Shown here: positions 1 through 11,940 of the stretch, piece by piece | Numbering within the stretch: position 1 is the first letter of the stretch | Layout: each line of letters opens with the position of its first letter | Assembly: GCA_050273025.1 (NCBI GenBank) | Contig: CP158636.1 | Coordinates: 7,874,001-7,938,000 of the forward strand | Direction: 5' to 3' | DNA length: 64,000 nt | From: Cenococcum geophilum | Taxonomy: Eukaryota | Program-made: the position numbers and the translations under genes | The notes under the pieces: model-generated | What the model was told of the DNA's origin: nothing | Seen by the model: the letters and a program-made list of their open reading frames with translations, nothing else | Database searches by the model: none

Positions 1-207
1 CTGCACGAAGCTCTGCACAAAGCTCTGCACGAAGCTCTGCACGAAGCTCTGTATGAAGCTCTGCACGAAGCTCTACGTATAGAGGCTCTGCACGAGGCTC
101 TGCGCGAGGCTCTGCGTACGGAGGCTCTGCACGAAGCTCTGCACGAAGCTCTGTATAAGGCTCTGCGCGAAGCTCTGCGTACGGAGGCTCTACACGAAGC
201 TCTGCAT
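1..207. repeat. 12-bp minisatellite (GAAGCTCTGCAC)n, degenerate
   Basis: Tandem units GAAGCTCTGCAC/GAGGCTCTGCAC are directly visible and run off the window start. Confidence 0.9.
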
Positions 208-311
208 CGGGTCCCCGCTATATTCCCAATAGCCTCTACACGTGTCTCTGCCTATGTAGCCGCCTTATTTTTTACCCTTCCTTCCTTCCTTACATCCTCC
301 CTACCTAGGGA

Positions 312-3300
312 TGTTGGAATTATAAGGTCATAAGGTCACAGCGGAGGTGTCTTGAGGGTCTAATTGATGATAGAGATGACGCAGACGATGAATTTTGATT
401 GATTCGTGATGCAGTAGATGCGGTTGATGTCTATCTAGATTGCATGCAGAGCTTGACCTCGCAAGGTGTCCAGAGCTTAGTCAGCACCTCATCGCTAATT
501 TCTAACACTCCCCCATGCTGACGACGCTCTCCTCGTCTGTCCCAAATAGGCAATAATAAAGCTATTCCCAAATACCTTATAAGTGCCATTTAGCCTACGT
601 ATAGAGGGAAAACCTAGTAGGCGAAAAACCTCTGTCACTTGCTCCGTCAGTTATTAATTCCTAGCGTTACACAGTGCTTCGTAAATTGGTTAATTGGTAG
701 CTGCTTTATAAGCATGTCTCCCGGCTGATCTTTGCCTGGTATATATACTACTTTAAGTTAATCTTACTAAACCATGTTATTTCGTACGAAGAGGTATCAA
801 ATCTCGATATACTTGGCTTTTTGGTAGTATCTCGTATTATACAAAAGGTTAACTATACCCTTATTGTCACAGTAGAGCGTAAGGACAAAAGGGTCGTCGT
901 TGTCTCTCTCCCCTAGATCTCTCGTTAGCTTCTTAAGCTATATTATTAACCTTACTCCTTCTAATGCTGCCATAATCTCTGCTTCTATTAAGCTTAATGC
1001 CGTTAACCTCTATCTTTAAGCTATCTAGATTACCGCTCCCCTATAGCGCATAACTGCTATACCTTAAAATAATATCCAATTATGTTCTGTTCCCTACGTA
1101 GCGTTAGTAAAGATACTATAGCTAGTAGGCAGGTTGGTCAACGTAAGCTTATATAGAGGTAGGTAAATCTCTTAATTTAAGTAGGTAATTCCTATTTTAA
1201 GAGTGCCGTTTAGATATTATAGTAGTTACTTACTTAAGCGGTAGTACGATTCTCCTAATGCTGCTATAAACCTAGCTAGCTAACTAACAGCATAGCTGGT
1301 ATTAGGACGCGTGTAGTTTAAGAGGTAGATTATAGAGCTAATAATCTATTAGTATACCGTCGCATTATCATACTTAAGGGGACTTTTAATATTAGGTTTC
1401 AGAATAGTACTAGCTAGTATCAGTAGCTTAGCTAGATTGCAGTTGTCTATTTTTAACTGTTTAAGTAGCTTCTTGGTATATATCGTCTAATATAGCTTAA
1501 GGGTTCGGTTTATATGGTCTTAATAGATTTAGAAGTCTATGAATACTTCTATAGGACCTAGGTCTTTATATCTCCATTCTCTTAAGATTCTTACCTTTGT
1601 AATATTAAGGTGTCTGTGCTTTCCTATAATTAGCATATTGTTAACAAATAATAAGATATACACTTTATTTCCTATAAAGAGATTAGGGTTAGCGTTAGCT
1701 GATATTAAACCTATGCTCTTAAAGAACTTCTTAACCATCTAAAACCATTCTCTTAGTGCCTACTTTAGGCCGTAAAGTGACTTATTTAGCTTTAAGTAAG
1801 CGTCTTTTACCTCCTTAAGGTTAGGCTCAAAGTCTCTTAATAGGTTAGGAATCTGTATATAAACTTGCTCTTATAACGGCGGGTTTAAGAACGCTATTTT
1901 AATATTAACGTGGTTAAGTTTAAGGTCTTTAGCTGCTACCTTTACTATTAGGAACCTAAAGGTGTTGTATTATATAATAGACGCAAACATCTTAAAATAA
2001 TCGATGTTGGGGGTCTACTTGTCTCCCTAAATATACAGTCTTACCTTCTTACGAATTACTTCTTCCTTAGTATTATACTTGTGCTTTAGTACTAGCTTAC
2101 TTAGGAGTAACAACCTTCCTTCTAGTACTCTCCCCCTTATAATAGTATAGGTGTGCATTCTCTTTAGGGAGAGAAATTCTTTAAAGATAGCTTTTATCTA
2201 GCCAGGAGCGTCCTTCCTTAAGGCCTAATCTAACTTAATAGCGTTAAAAGGTGCTATAGGTGCTCCTATAGAGGTAGTGTTCTTAGCTTCTAGGTAGATA
2301 GCTTTTATAGCTATTACTAACTAAACCACCATATTGTTAAAAACCCTTATATTTAGTAACCTTCTAGACCTTATTCTCTGCGCATAAGAAATATATATCG
2401 ATGTGCTTTATACGGGCGTCCTACCCTTTATATTACCTTAATTTAAGCGTCCTGCTTAATCTTAACCTGGGCTTTCTACTTAATTTAAGCGGCCTACTTA
2501 GTCTTAACCTGGGCTTCCTACTTGGCTTAAGCGGCCCACTCGGTCACCATCTAGCCTACTTTTAGTTCTCACAACTGGAGTCTCTGTTGGCGCGTTTAAG
2601 GTAGTAGGGGGAGGTCTAGGTTAGTTTAGAGCTTAGCTTATAGCTTACACCTAAGGTGCTCTATAAGGGAACCTATACTTATTTACTTTAGCATCTCTAA
2701 AGAGCTTAATTACTTGCGTATATAGGTTTATTATTTTAAATTAACTACTACCTTTTAACCCTATGAAAACGTAGTTAGGTTTTATTCTTAAATTATACTT
2801 CCTAGGGTATTTCTTAAGCGTATTAATCGGGTTAGTATAGCACCTAAAGACGACTAGATTCTTAAGGTTAGGGACTTAACGGGTATATGCCTTGTAGGGT
2901 GTAATAGTACCACTATACTCGTCGTCAAATGGGAGAGCTAAGGTCGGTACTTAATTCTTGATCTAGATAGCATGTTTGACTGCGTAGCACTAGAGTTTAA
3001 CTGGTATATTTCCTTAAAATAGAAGTGACCTCGTCTTGTAGTCAACTATATAGATTGCGCGCTCGATCGCGCTATTATATAAGTGCTTATATAGCGGACA
3101 AGACTCAAAATTAATGCCTTAGGGTATTAATTCGTCTTAAAATCTGCGGCTGAATTCCCCCTTTCTATTGTCTGCTCGAATCTAGACAGCTCTATTACTA
3201 GTAAATCTCTCTACTCTTACGATAATCTCTTTAATACACGGCAGTACTTCTTTAGTTCGGAGGGTTTTAAGAGGAATGACTTAGGTATAGCGTGTGGCGT

Positions 3301-5229
3301 TATCTAGGGCTAGGAGGTAGTAGTTATAACCTCTAATCGATGTACCGATTCGTCTCGTAGTATTAAGGTGTAGCCCTTAACTAGGTACCTTCTCGCGCCT
3401 AGTCGTCTTCTTGCTTAGTATTTCTTACATCTTCCCTGCTAGGCAAGCTTTACATATGCTCTTACTAATTAGTACTGCTCTCTTCTTAAGCCTTATACCT
3501 AGTGAGGAATGCTATAGCTTAAATAGGTCGCTGTAATTTGTATATCTAGTTTAGTGGTGCTATAGCTTAGCATCTGTTTTACTGACGTTTGGTTATAAAT
3601 TGTATGCTTTTATTGTCGCATTAAATGCTTCTTAATGCTCTTATAGTATATAGAGGTTGTTTCTTATAATAGCCTTAAATGTTATACCTAATTTATGCTT
3701 ACTAGTAGCTTAATTATCCGTATTAAAAGTAATTAAGTAGCCTTTCTGAGTAAGAGTCCTTACTAAGATTAGCTTAATTGTCTTGAACGAAGGTATAAGC
3801 TAGACGTCTTTTAGCTTTAGGGTACCAATTTAAACTTAACCGTAGCCTATAGTAGGTATAATAGTCCCATTCGCAGTGCGGACCTATTATAGCATATTCT
3901 ATCTCTTTAAGTATATTAGGTCTAATTGGTTACTAGTAAAGTGCTTAGTTGCTCCTAAGTCAAGAGCCTAAGCTAGAGACGTTGTTATAAGCATAGCACG
4001 TTTAGGGTTAGGGTTAAGGTAAATTAAATCGCTGTTAAATTCTTTCTTAGCTATTGCTATATTCCCTACTTCCTCTGCCTTAGGAGCACCTTAATCTGTC
4101 TTTTTGGCGTTGTTAAGTTGGAATTGTCTAAGCAGGGGACAGTCCTTCTAGTAGTAACCTTTCTAATAATATATTCTGCACTCGTCTCTTTCTAGTTGTC
4201 TTAGCTCTTTACTTACTTAAGATAACGAGCTATGGCGATTACGTGAGGAATGGTTAAATCTACTAGTATAACCTCTGCCCCTTATTCGACCTTGACCTTG
4301 GTTTCCCCTTCTCCCCCTAGGTTCGTCTTTCCTCTTATGTGCGAGTGTAGTAGTCTATGCAGGGAGAGCAGTCTCTTGCTTTTAAAGAAGGGTAATGCAG
4401 CTCTTAAGGTTTTGTTTGTCTCGTAGGCACTAGGTCTTCGCATTCTGCCACGTGACATTGCTTAGTAGGGCTAGAAGGAGTTGTTTTTTAATATTGTTAT
4501 TAGTTAGTGCTTAAGATGTTAAGGCTAAATTAATCTTAAATTGATTTAGTATAGTTAGGAACTTAACAATTCGCATCTTTGTAGGGTCGAATGTAGTGCT
4601 ATAGAACTCTCTGCGAAGTCTAGAGATATAGACCTCGTTATTAGCCTTATTAAACTTCTTTATTCCTTCCTATATTCCTTAAATATCGTACGCCTTTATT
4701 ATTGTACGCATCTCTTCCTAACGGTCGTCTCCTATCGAATTGTAGATGATCTTATTTGCTTCCCCTCGTCTTCTTCTCCTATTGGCTGAATTGACTTAAG
4801 CTGGGTCTTTTATACCGGTAACGAAATCCTATCCTTCTGCCATGATTAGGGCTGCCTTATAGGTGCGCTCCTAGTCTGCAAAGTTGTCTCTATTAAAAAT
4901 GACAATTTTGCCTACCTTGTGATCGTACGTAGGTGTTATTGAGGTTGAGGTAGAGGAGGTCATTTTTAGGGGTCGATTTTTGAGTTAGGAGGTATTGCTA
5001 CCCGGGAGAGATTTGCTACCTAGGCTTATAACCTGTTGGAATTATAAGGTCATAAGGTCATAGCGGAGGTGTCTTGAGGGTCTAATTGATGATAGAGATA
5101 ACGCAGACGATGAATTTTGATTGATTCGTGATGCAGTAGATGCGGTTGATATCTATCTAGATTGCATGCAGAGCTTGACCTCGTAAGGTGTCCAGAGCTT
5201 AGTCAGCACCTTATCGCTAATTTCTGACA
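312..5229 (-). mobile_element. Full-length Ty1/Copia LTR retrotransposon, RIP-inactivated
   Basis: 196-bp LTRs at 312-507 and 5034-5229 (TG...CA); 5-bp TSD AGGGA (307-311, 5230-5234). Minus-strand PBS GGTTATAAGCC beside the right LTR looks like a RIP form of the Copia half-tRNA-iMet type GGTTATGAGCC; PPT (CTCCCCC on +) lies beside the left LTR. RT motif VYILLFVNNMLIIG (YVDD-like, D>N) is in ORF 1529-1738; many TAA/TAG stops. Confidence 0.93.
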
Positions 5230-5269
5230 AGGGAGGCACTAGAACGGCAGCCAGCAGAGGACCGTTGCT

Positions 5270-5645
5270 AGAACTAGATAACTATCGCTAGAACTAGACG
5301 ACCGTTACCAGAACTAGACGACCGTCGCTAGAGCCAGACGACCGTCGCTAGAGCTAGACGACCGTCGCCAGAACCAGACGACCGTCGCCAGAACTAGACG
5401 ACCGTCGTCAGAGCTAGACGACCGTCGTCAGAGCCAGACGACTATCGCCAGAGCTAGACAACTGTCGCTAGAACCAGACGACCGTCGCCAGAACCAGACG
5501 ACCGTTACTAGAACCAGACGACCGTCGCCAGAACCAGACGACCGTCTCCAGAGTTAGACGACCGTCGCCAGAACTAGACGACTGTCGCCAGAGCCAGACG
5601 ACCGTCGCTAGAACCAGACGACCGTCGCCAGAGCTAGATAACAAC
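5270..5645. repeat. 20-bp tandem repeat (ACCGTCGCCAGAACCAGACG)n
   Basis: About 18 contiguous units with C>T variants and no unique spacers. Confidence 0.92.
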
Positions 5646-5694
5646 GACTAGCCAGCGAACACTATAAACGATTCGATCGATTGATCGAATTAAG

Positions 5695-6065
5695 GTAGTA
5701 TAGACAGGTAGGCACAAACAGGGAGATGCTAACGGGTAGGTAGATGCAGATAGGTAGGCAGATATAGACAGGTAAGCAGATGCAGACAGGCAAGTAGATG
5801 CAGATAGGTAGGTAGATACAGATAGGTAAGCAGATGCAGATAGGTAGGCAGATATAGATAGGTAAGCAGATGCAGATAGGTAGGTAGATATAGATAGGTA
5901 AGCAGATACAGACAGGCAAGCAGATGCAGATAGGTAGGCGATGTAGATAGGTAGGCAATGTAGATAGGTAGGCAATGTAGACAGGTAGGTGATGTAGATA
6001 GGTAGGCAATGTAGACAGGTAGGCGATGCAGGCAGGTAGGTAAGTCAATAGGTAGATAGGTAGAA
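5695..6065. repeat. ~18-bp purine-rich tandem repeat (e.g. GCAGATAGGTAGGYAGAT / GTAGATAGGTAGGCAAT)
   Basis: Directly visible; explains the repetitive ORFs 5634-5975 and 5662-6048. Confidence 0.88.
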
Positions 6066-6349
6066 GAGAACCATCGCTATATTATATTAAATTATCTAAA
6101 ATAATAATATTTATTTTACTAGCCTTATAAATAGCTTTAAAGTAGCTTTTATTTATTTAAAATATGCTATTAGTATAAAAGAGGTAAATATAATTATAGT
6201 TGCCAAATGCGCAGATTGCTGGCAGGCTGCGCGCAGGCTGCGTGTCAAAAAAACACGACATAGGCTAGTCGGTCAAGTTGCCAAATGACCTCAACTGCGC
6301 GCCAATTGCGTCAACCACCAACCATTGAGGCCATTGAAAGGGTACTATA

Positions 6350-8109
6350 TTTTGCCGATGCAGTAAATAAGGAATAGGAGTCTTAAATAGTGAATATCTT
6401 ATTTAAGATTATTAAACTTTTACCTAGAGCTAAGGCTCTATCTATTAAGTGGGTCTTTATATATAAATTTAATAAGAATAACGTCCTATTTAGATAGAAA
6501 GTATAGCTAGTATTATGCGGTAATAAGTAGCGCCTAGGAATTAACTATGGCGATATATTTATAAGCGTTGTTTAACCTAGTATATTTAAGCTATTAATAG
6601 CCCTGGTTGCCGTATATAATCTAAAGTATAAGCACTTAGATGTAATTACGGCCTTCCTTAATAGGAAGCTTGACCGTAAGAATATCTATATTTAGCTGCT
6701 AGAAGGATACCGCCAGTATTAAAAGGACGGCGTTGCTCTTATGGGCCTACTGCTTAAAGCTCTCTACGGTCTTAAGCAGGCCCTATATCTTTAGTATAAG
6801 GAGCTTAAGAGCTTCCTTATTACCCTTAAATATATGCCAATTCTAGCTAACCTATGTGTCTTTGTTAGCCAGCAAAGCGGCCAAATTATTATTGTCTACG
6901 TTAATAATCTTATCTTAATTGGACGAGATATATGGATAATTAAACTCCTTAAAGAGGCACTTAGGAATAAGTATAAAGTAAGAGACTTAGGCCTAATTAC
7001 GTACTACCTAGGTATTTAAATTATAAGGAACTGCTAGGCGCAATTAATTTAACTAGTATAGGACGCTTATATTAGGAAGATCCTATATACATTCTATATA
7101 AAAGGCTGCGCACCGGTCTCTATACTAATTTACCCCTTTATAGTAGACTTTAAGCTATATAAGCCTAAGAATTAAGCTCTATAGGAGCTAGTAAAACGGT
7201 ATTAATTGCTAATAGGCTCTTTACTATATCTATATAATTAGACTTGGCCCAATATGGCCTAGGCTATAGGGAAGCTCTATTAGTTCCTATATAACCCTAC
7301 TAAACTATATATAGACGCCATAATGCAGATACTCGCCTACTATGTAGAAACAATTGACTTAGGTATAGAGTTTATCTTACCTTAAGGGCAGTAGCCACCT
7401 CCAAAAGCCTTTACTAAGGCGTTAGCTATAAACTATACTACGCCTAATTATAATAAGGAGTATAGCGGAAGCGTATTAGGTGATATACCTAACCTATAAC
7501 TACACGGCTATAGCAATGCAGCGTTCGCAGATGCAGTTAATAGGAAGTTAACTTTTAGCTATATTTATAAGCTAGCGGGTAGCCTAGTTTTATATAAGTT
7601 AAGTAAGTAGTTAATTCTTATAACCTCTACTATAGAGGCTGAGTATGTAGCGATAACGTATGCGGCTAAGGAAGCCTTATGGCTCCGTTAATTGCTTACT
7701 AATTTAGGCTATACTGGAAAGAATTTACTACTAATATATCTATATGGCGATAATTAATTAGCTATTAGTCTTGCAAAAAGCGATAACTACTACGCGCGCA
7801 CTAAGCACTTTAAGCTATACTGGTACTATATTTGTAACAAGGTTTAAAGCGTCGTAATCTACCTATAGTATGTGCCTATAAGTAGTATGGTGGCAGACGG
7901 TCTTACGAAGCTACTGTTAATGGTTTAGTTTAGGAACTTCGTTAAGTAGCTAGGCCTTGTTTAATGCGATATAGACACTAAACCTAAGTAGGAAATTATA
8001 TACAGGTCGGCAAAACCTCGGAGGGTACGCTATTTGATAATTCTGACCAATGCTGACGATTTTTAAATGGGGGATGGGAACGATATAAAGCTCGTAATGG
8101 GTGATTAAT
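6350..8109 (+). mobile_element. Copia RT-RNase H fragment, RIP-mutated, 5' truncated
   Basis: IIIVYVNNLILIG (YVDD) in ORF 6834-7019; RNase H motifs HGYSNAAFAD, STIEAEYVA and MVADGLTK. Appears interrupted at 8110 by the pogo element, with a possible PPT AGGGAGAGG just after 11600. Confidence 0.85.
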
Positions 8110-8111
8110 TA

Positions 8112-11100
8112 GAGTGACCGCCTAGATCGTGCACGGTCCTGCATCGTGTACGGTTCCCGCACAAAATATAGGCCTTAAAAATGAAGCTATTGAGCCATAT
8201 ATAAATATCTAAATTGCACCAAAATTTAGTGTAATAGACTTTAGAGCTTTGCGATTCAATCTGTCTTAATTTAGTAATTATCTAAATAGCGTAGGAGGCG
8301 TCGCTGCCGCTAAGGGCGGCTTAGCTTAGATTCTACTACCCCATCGTCCGTATTACATATAACCACTAAATCTACCTCCTGTGGAGTAGCCGTAGTCGAA
8401 GCTTTCTTTTTCCTTAGCTTCTTGCTCTCCCCAATATTATTTTAAAGTTGTAGATTAGCCGCATGCGTATCTTAATCCTTTTGCTTCTGTCGCTTTTTTT
8501 CCTTAGCTTGCTTACGGCGAGCAAGCTACTGCTATAGGCGTATTTGTTTCCTCTGCTTAATCGCGCGCTTTTTCTCCTCCTTTTATAATTGCTTTTGAAT
8601 CTTCTTATCTCGTTTTTTAGCCTGCTCTTAATGCTTATTATAATCCTTTTTATCTTAGAGCTCCCTTACTTGCTGTATTTTCTTTAGAGAGAAGAAGGTA
8701 TATTTTACTTCGTTATTAGCGCGAAGCTCCTTAAATAGAGGCCTGCCTTGCTGCCTCTTCTTTTTTTCATTAAATACTACTCGTCTAAGTCCCTTATTCT
8801 CATAACGAAGTATAGAAACTTTAGATATAAGATTTATTACAGTATTAAGTAGCCTTCTTAAATTAGGAGGTAAAGCTTCCTATACTACGTCGCGTATAAG
8901 TTCCCTAATCTTCCTCCAATTACTTGCTAAGAGCGCTAAGGAAGAAGACCCCCCTAACGAAGGTCTCTCGTCTGGGTTGGATATTTCTACTGCCGTAAGT
9001 ACGGCGTTAGGTACAAAAGGGTATAGACCGGCCTTCTTCCACCCACTTTATATACTGTGTTTTTGAAAATATTGGGAACTCGCGCGGAGCCGCAACGTCG
9101 CACATCGCGCCCCACCAAAATTCGCATACTTCGCAATTCTTTCAATTTTTACCACCACTAACGCGCCCAAAAGGCTTTAAATGAGGCTATTGTTCTTGCC
9201 TAATTAGATAATATATATACAGCGATTGGTGTTGGCTTTTATAGCCTCCAAATGGCAGCTGCTTTTGTGCCTACTGTGCCCTTTATCCCGCCATTAAGTA
9301 ACAATATATCCTGCCTCCTTAAAGTGCCCCCTTGCATATATGCCGTATACCTGCCCAATTGTAAAATATAGAAAGGCCTTAAAGCTTGTAAAGTTTTCCA
9401 TAAGCCGGTGGTTCCTTTTAATCTACGCCTTAATATCATTAAACGTCGCCTTAATAGGATTAAAATCTGGCGAGTACGGTAGTAAGAACTTTAGTAGAAC
9501 GTCGTACTCCTCGTAGAGCTCTTAGAGTTGTGTCGACTTATGAATAAACGCGTTATTAAGAATAAGAACTAATTATGGCCCTGGATATAGCGTATAGTAA
9601 GGGAGCACTTGCTCCTTTATAAAGGCTTTAAATATTATAGAAGTAATAGAGCCTTATAGAATAAGGTAGCTTAGATATCCGTCTACTATTAGCGCCGGCA
9701 GAATACTCCACCTCTCTAACCTTTTGAGCGGGCGTGCGACTCCATAACTAGATCTAATTGGTGCCCAACCATATTTTCTATTACCCGTTCTCTCGTTTAA
9801 AGCAGACTCGTTAAGGAAGATAAGCTAATCTGCTACCTAGCTCTTCTATATACTAATCCAGGCGTTACGCAGGGTCTTATTCCGTTATGCTACCCGAGCT
9901 CTTACTACCTTCTGAGACTAGCGAGCTCTCTTAAGAGTCTTATAAACCGTTAAAATGGAGAGTTAGGCGTCAAACTCGTTAAATAGGAAGTCCTGCATCT
10001 CATCTAAATACGCGGTCGGCCGGTCTTTAAGGAAGTTAAGAAGCCTCTATAAAACCAGTCAGCAAAAAGCTTAACACCATGACGTGTTATATTACCATTT
10101 CTTGGTAAGGTAGTAGAGCTCTTAGTCGCCTAAGAACAACGCTAGGAGGAGCGTACGGTTCGCCCTAAATATTAAGGTTTAATCGTATCTTATAAATCGT
10201 CTTCTTGCCCACCTTCACAGCCTCCGCAATAGCTGGTACCGCCTCACCAGCCTTAATACGAATCCTAATTTTATAAATAACTTTATCCGGAAGGCGGCGG
10301 CCCATAATAACTTCAATTGTGGTGGTTAAAATCAAAAGAATTACCTCTCATACAAATTTTGGTGGGGCGTAATGTGGCTCTTTTGTGTCCTTAGCGAGTT
10401 CCCGATATTTTCGAAAACACAGTATTGTCCTCCGTAAATGCTTTATCGTACGCCCTCCAAAATAGACAAAAGAAGTCTCTTTTTATAATTACGCAAAGTG
10501 CTTGGCTATTACTAATAAACTAATTAAGCTCTTGCGCATAATATGTTGACAAAGGGCTGAATAGAGAGACGTTAAGTGGCTGTAATCGATGCGTAGAATA
10601 AGGAGGATAGACCGCAACTAGTATTTAATAGCTTTTGTACTACTTAAGGAACCTTATATTAATATAAGAGCCGTAGCCATCTATAAAGAGAAGCCTCCAA
10701 TCCCTACCCTACCGTGCTTTTACTTTTGTCTCGCGATTAAATATCTATTATAGCCATAAATATCCAAGATTATTATTCGTCTAGCTAGTAGGGGAGGATG
10801 TAAAGAAGGCTGGATGTTCCTCTAGATTAAAATCTTACAGCTATAAATCTTAAATATTCCCTAATAGCGTCTAATAGATTAATTCTGGAGAGAGATTTAA
10901 TCCGTTAGCATAGATAGTTGCAATTATAGTTATCCACTCTCTATTACTATCTTGGCCGGCGCTAATTAGAGAGGTCTTCTCCTATATATCTTTTAAGAAG
11001 ATCCTCTTTAGTTTTAAGAGAATTCCAATAAGAAAGCCCTTCTTGTCCATATTATAGGTATTTTGAGGTTAAATATTGTATTCGGCGATCTTATGCTCTA

Positions 11101-11598
11101 AAAGCTAAAAGTAGAGCGTATATTAATAGAGAGAATTAGCCTTTTTCCGTGTAAGGTCTACCGTAGAAAGATATTTTATATATAGCTCGTCGCGGTATTA
11201 ATTAAGCTATCTTAAAACCTAATAATTTCCGGGCTGCTTTTTTAAAAGCTTAAATACAAAGTTTCGTACCATTATATTAGTAGGAGGAAGCCCTTAATCG
11301 GTAAGCTTATTTATATATTTAACTAGGTACCGTTCTTACTTAGGAGAAAGAAGAAGCTTGGACGAGTTCCCATCGGCTTTTAAGTGGGTAATCTGTCTGT
11401 GGCGGCGCGATAACGTTGTACGGTTAATATCAAATTCCTTTACGGTCTTAGTGTAATTAGGAGATTTCTGCAACTTCAACGCTTCAAGAGCGGCCTCAAT
11501 TGAGTTCATGGTTGTTGAGTAATTGATTTTTGAAAATTTGAATATTTTGGTGTTGAGTGTGCACGATGCAGGACCGTGCACGATCTGGGCGGTCACTC
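8112..11598 (-). mobile_element. pogo/Fot1-like DNA transposon (Tc1/mariner superfamily), RIP-mutated
   Basis: ~40-bp TIRs GAGTGACCGCCYAGATCGTGCACGGTCCTGCATCGTGYAC; TA TSD at 8110-8111 and 11599-11600; transposase starts at ATG 11509 (MNSIEAALEALKLQKSPNYTKTVKEFDINRTTLSRRHR, Fot1-type HTH). Confidence 0.92.
9055..10422 (-). mobile_element. Tc1/IS630-like DDE transposon nested in the pogo element
   Basis: TIRs CTGTGTTTTYGAAAATATYGGGAACTCGC; TA TSD at 9053-9054 and 10423-10424; ATG ~10305. RIP-altered catalytic motifs FLNESA, ILNNAFI and LPYSPDFNPIK; probable intron ~10047-10095. Confidence 0.9.
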
Positions 11599-11940
11599 TA
11601 TAGCTTAGGGAGAGGTTAAATAGGACCTATAATATACTTGGAGGATTATAAGGTGTTTCTTTTATATATAAATAAGTTTAATATTGATTTAGGAAGGATC
11701 TGCTTCTGTTTTAGTGGAGCACTAGGGGGTGTGATGATGGTACTGGAGGAGTCCTCTATATGCGTTTCCTGCTTACATAAGCAGAGTCCCTTCTTGTTCG
11801 GTCTCTGTAGTAACTACTTTGGTATCCGTAGTAGTTACCCTAGACCCTGTAGATATAGGCCTATATTAAGGCCTATATTCCTCGTAGATAGATTCCATAG
11901 CTTCATTTATTCATTCAATATCATTTAGTTTATTAGGTGG

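Noticed and set aside
5270..5645. CRISPR-like look of the 20-bp array
   Set aside because: Units are contiguous with no unique spacers, there are no cas genes, and the context is eukaryotic
5634..6048. Cys/Tyr/Leu-rich ORFs
   Set aside because: They are translations of a tandem repeat, with non-ATG starts
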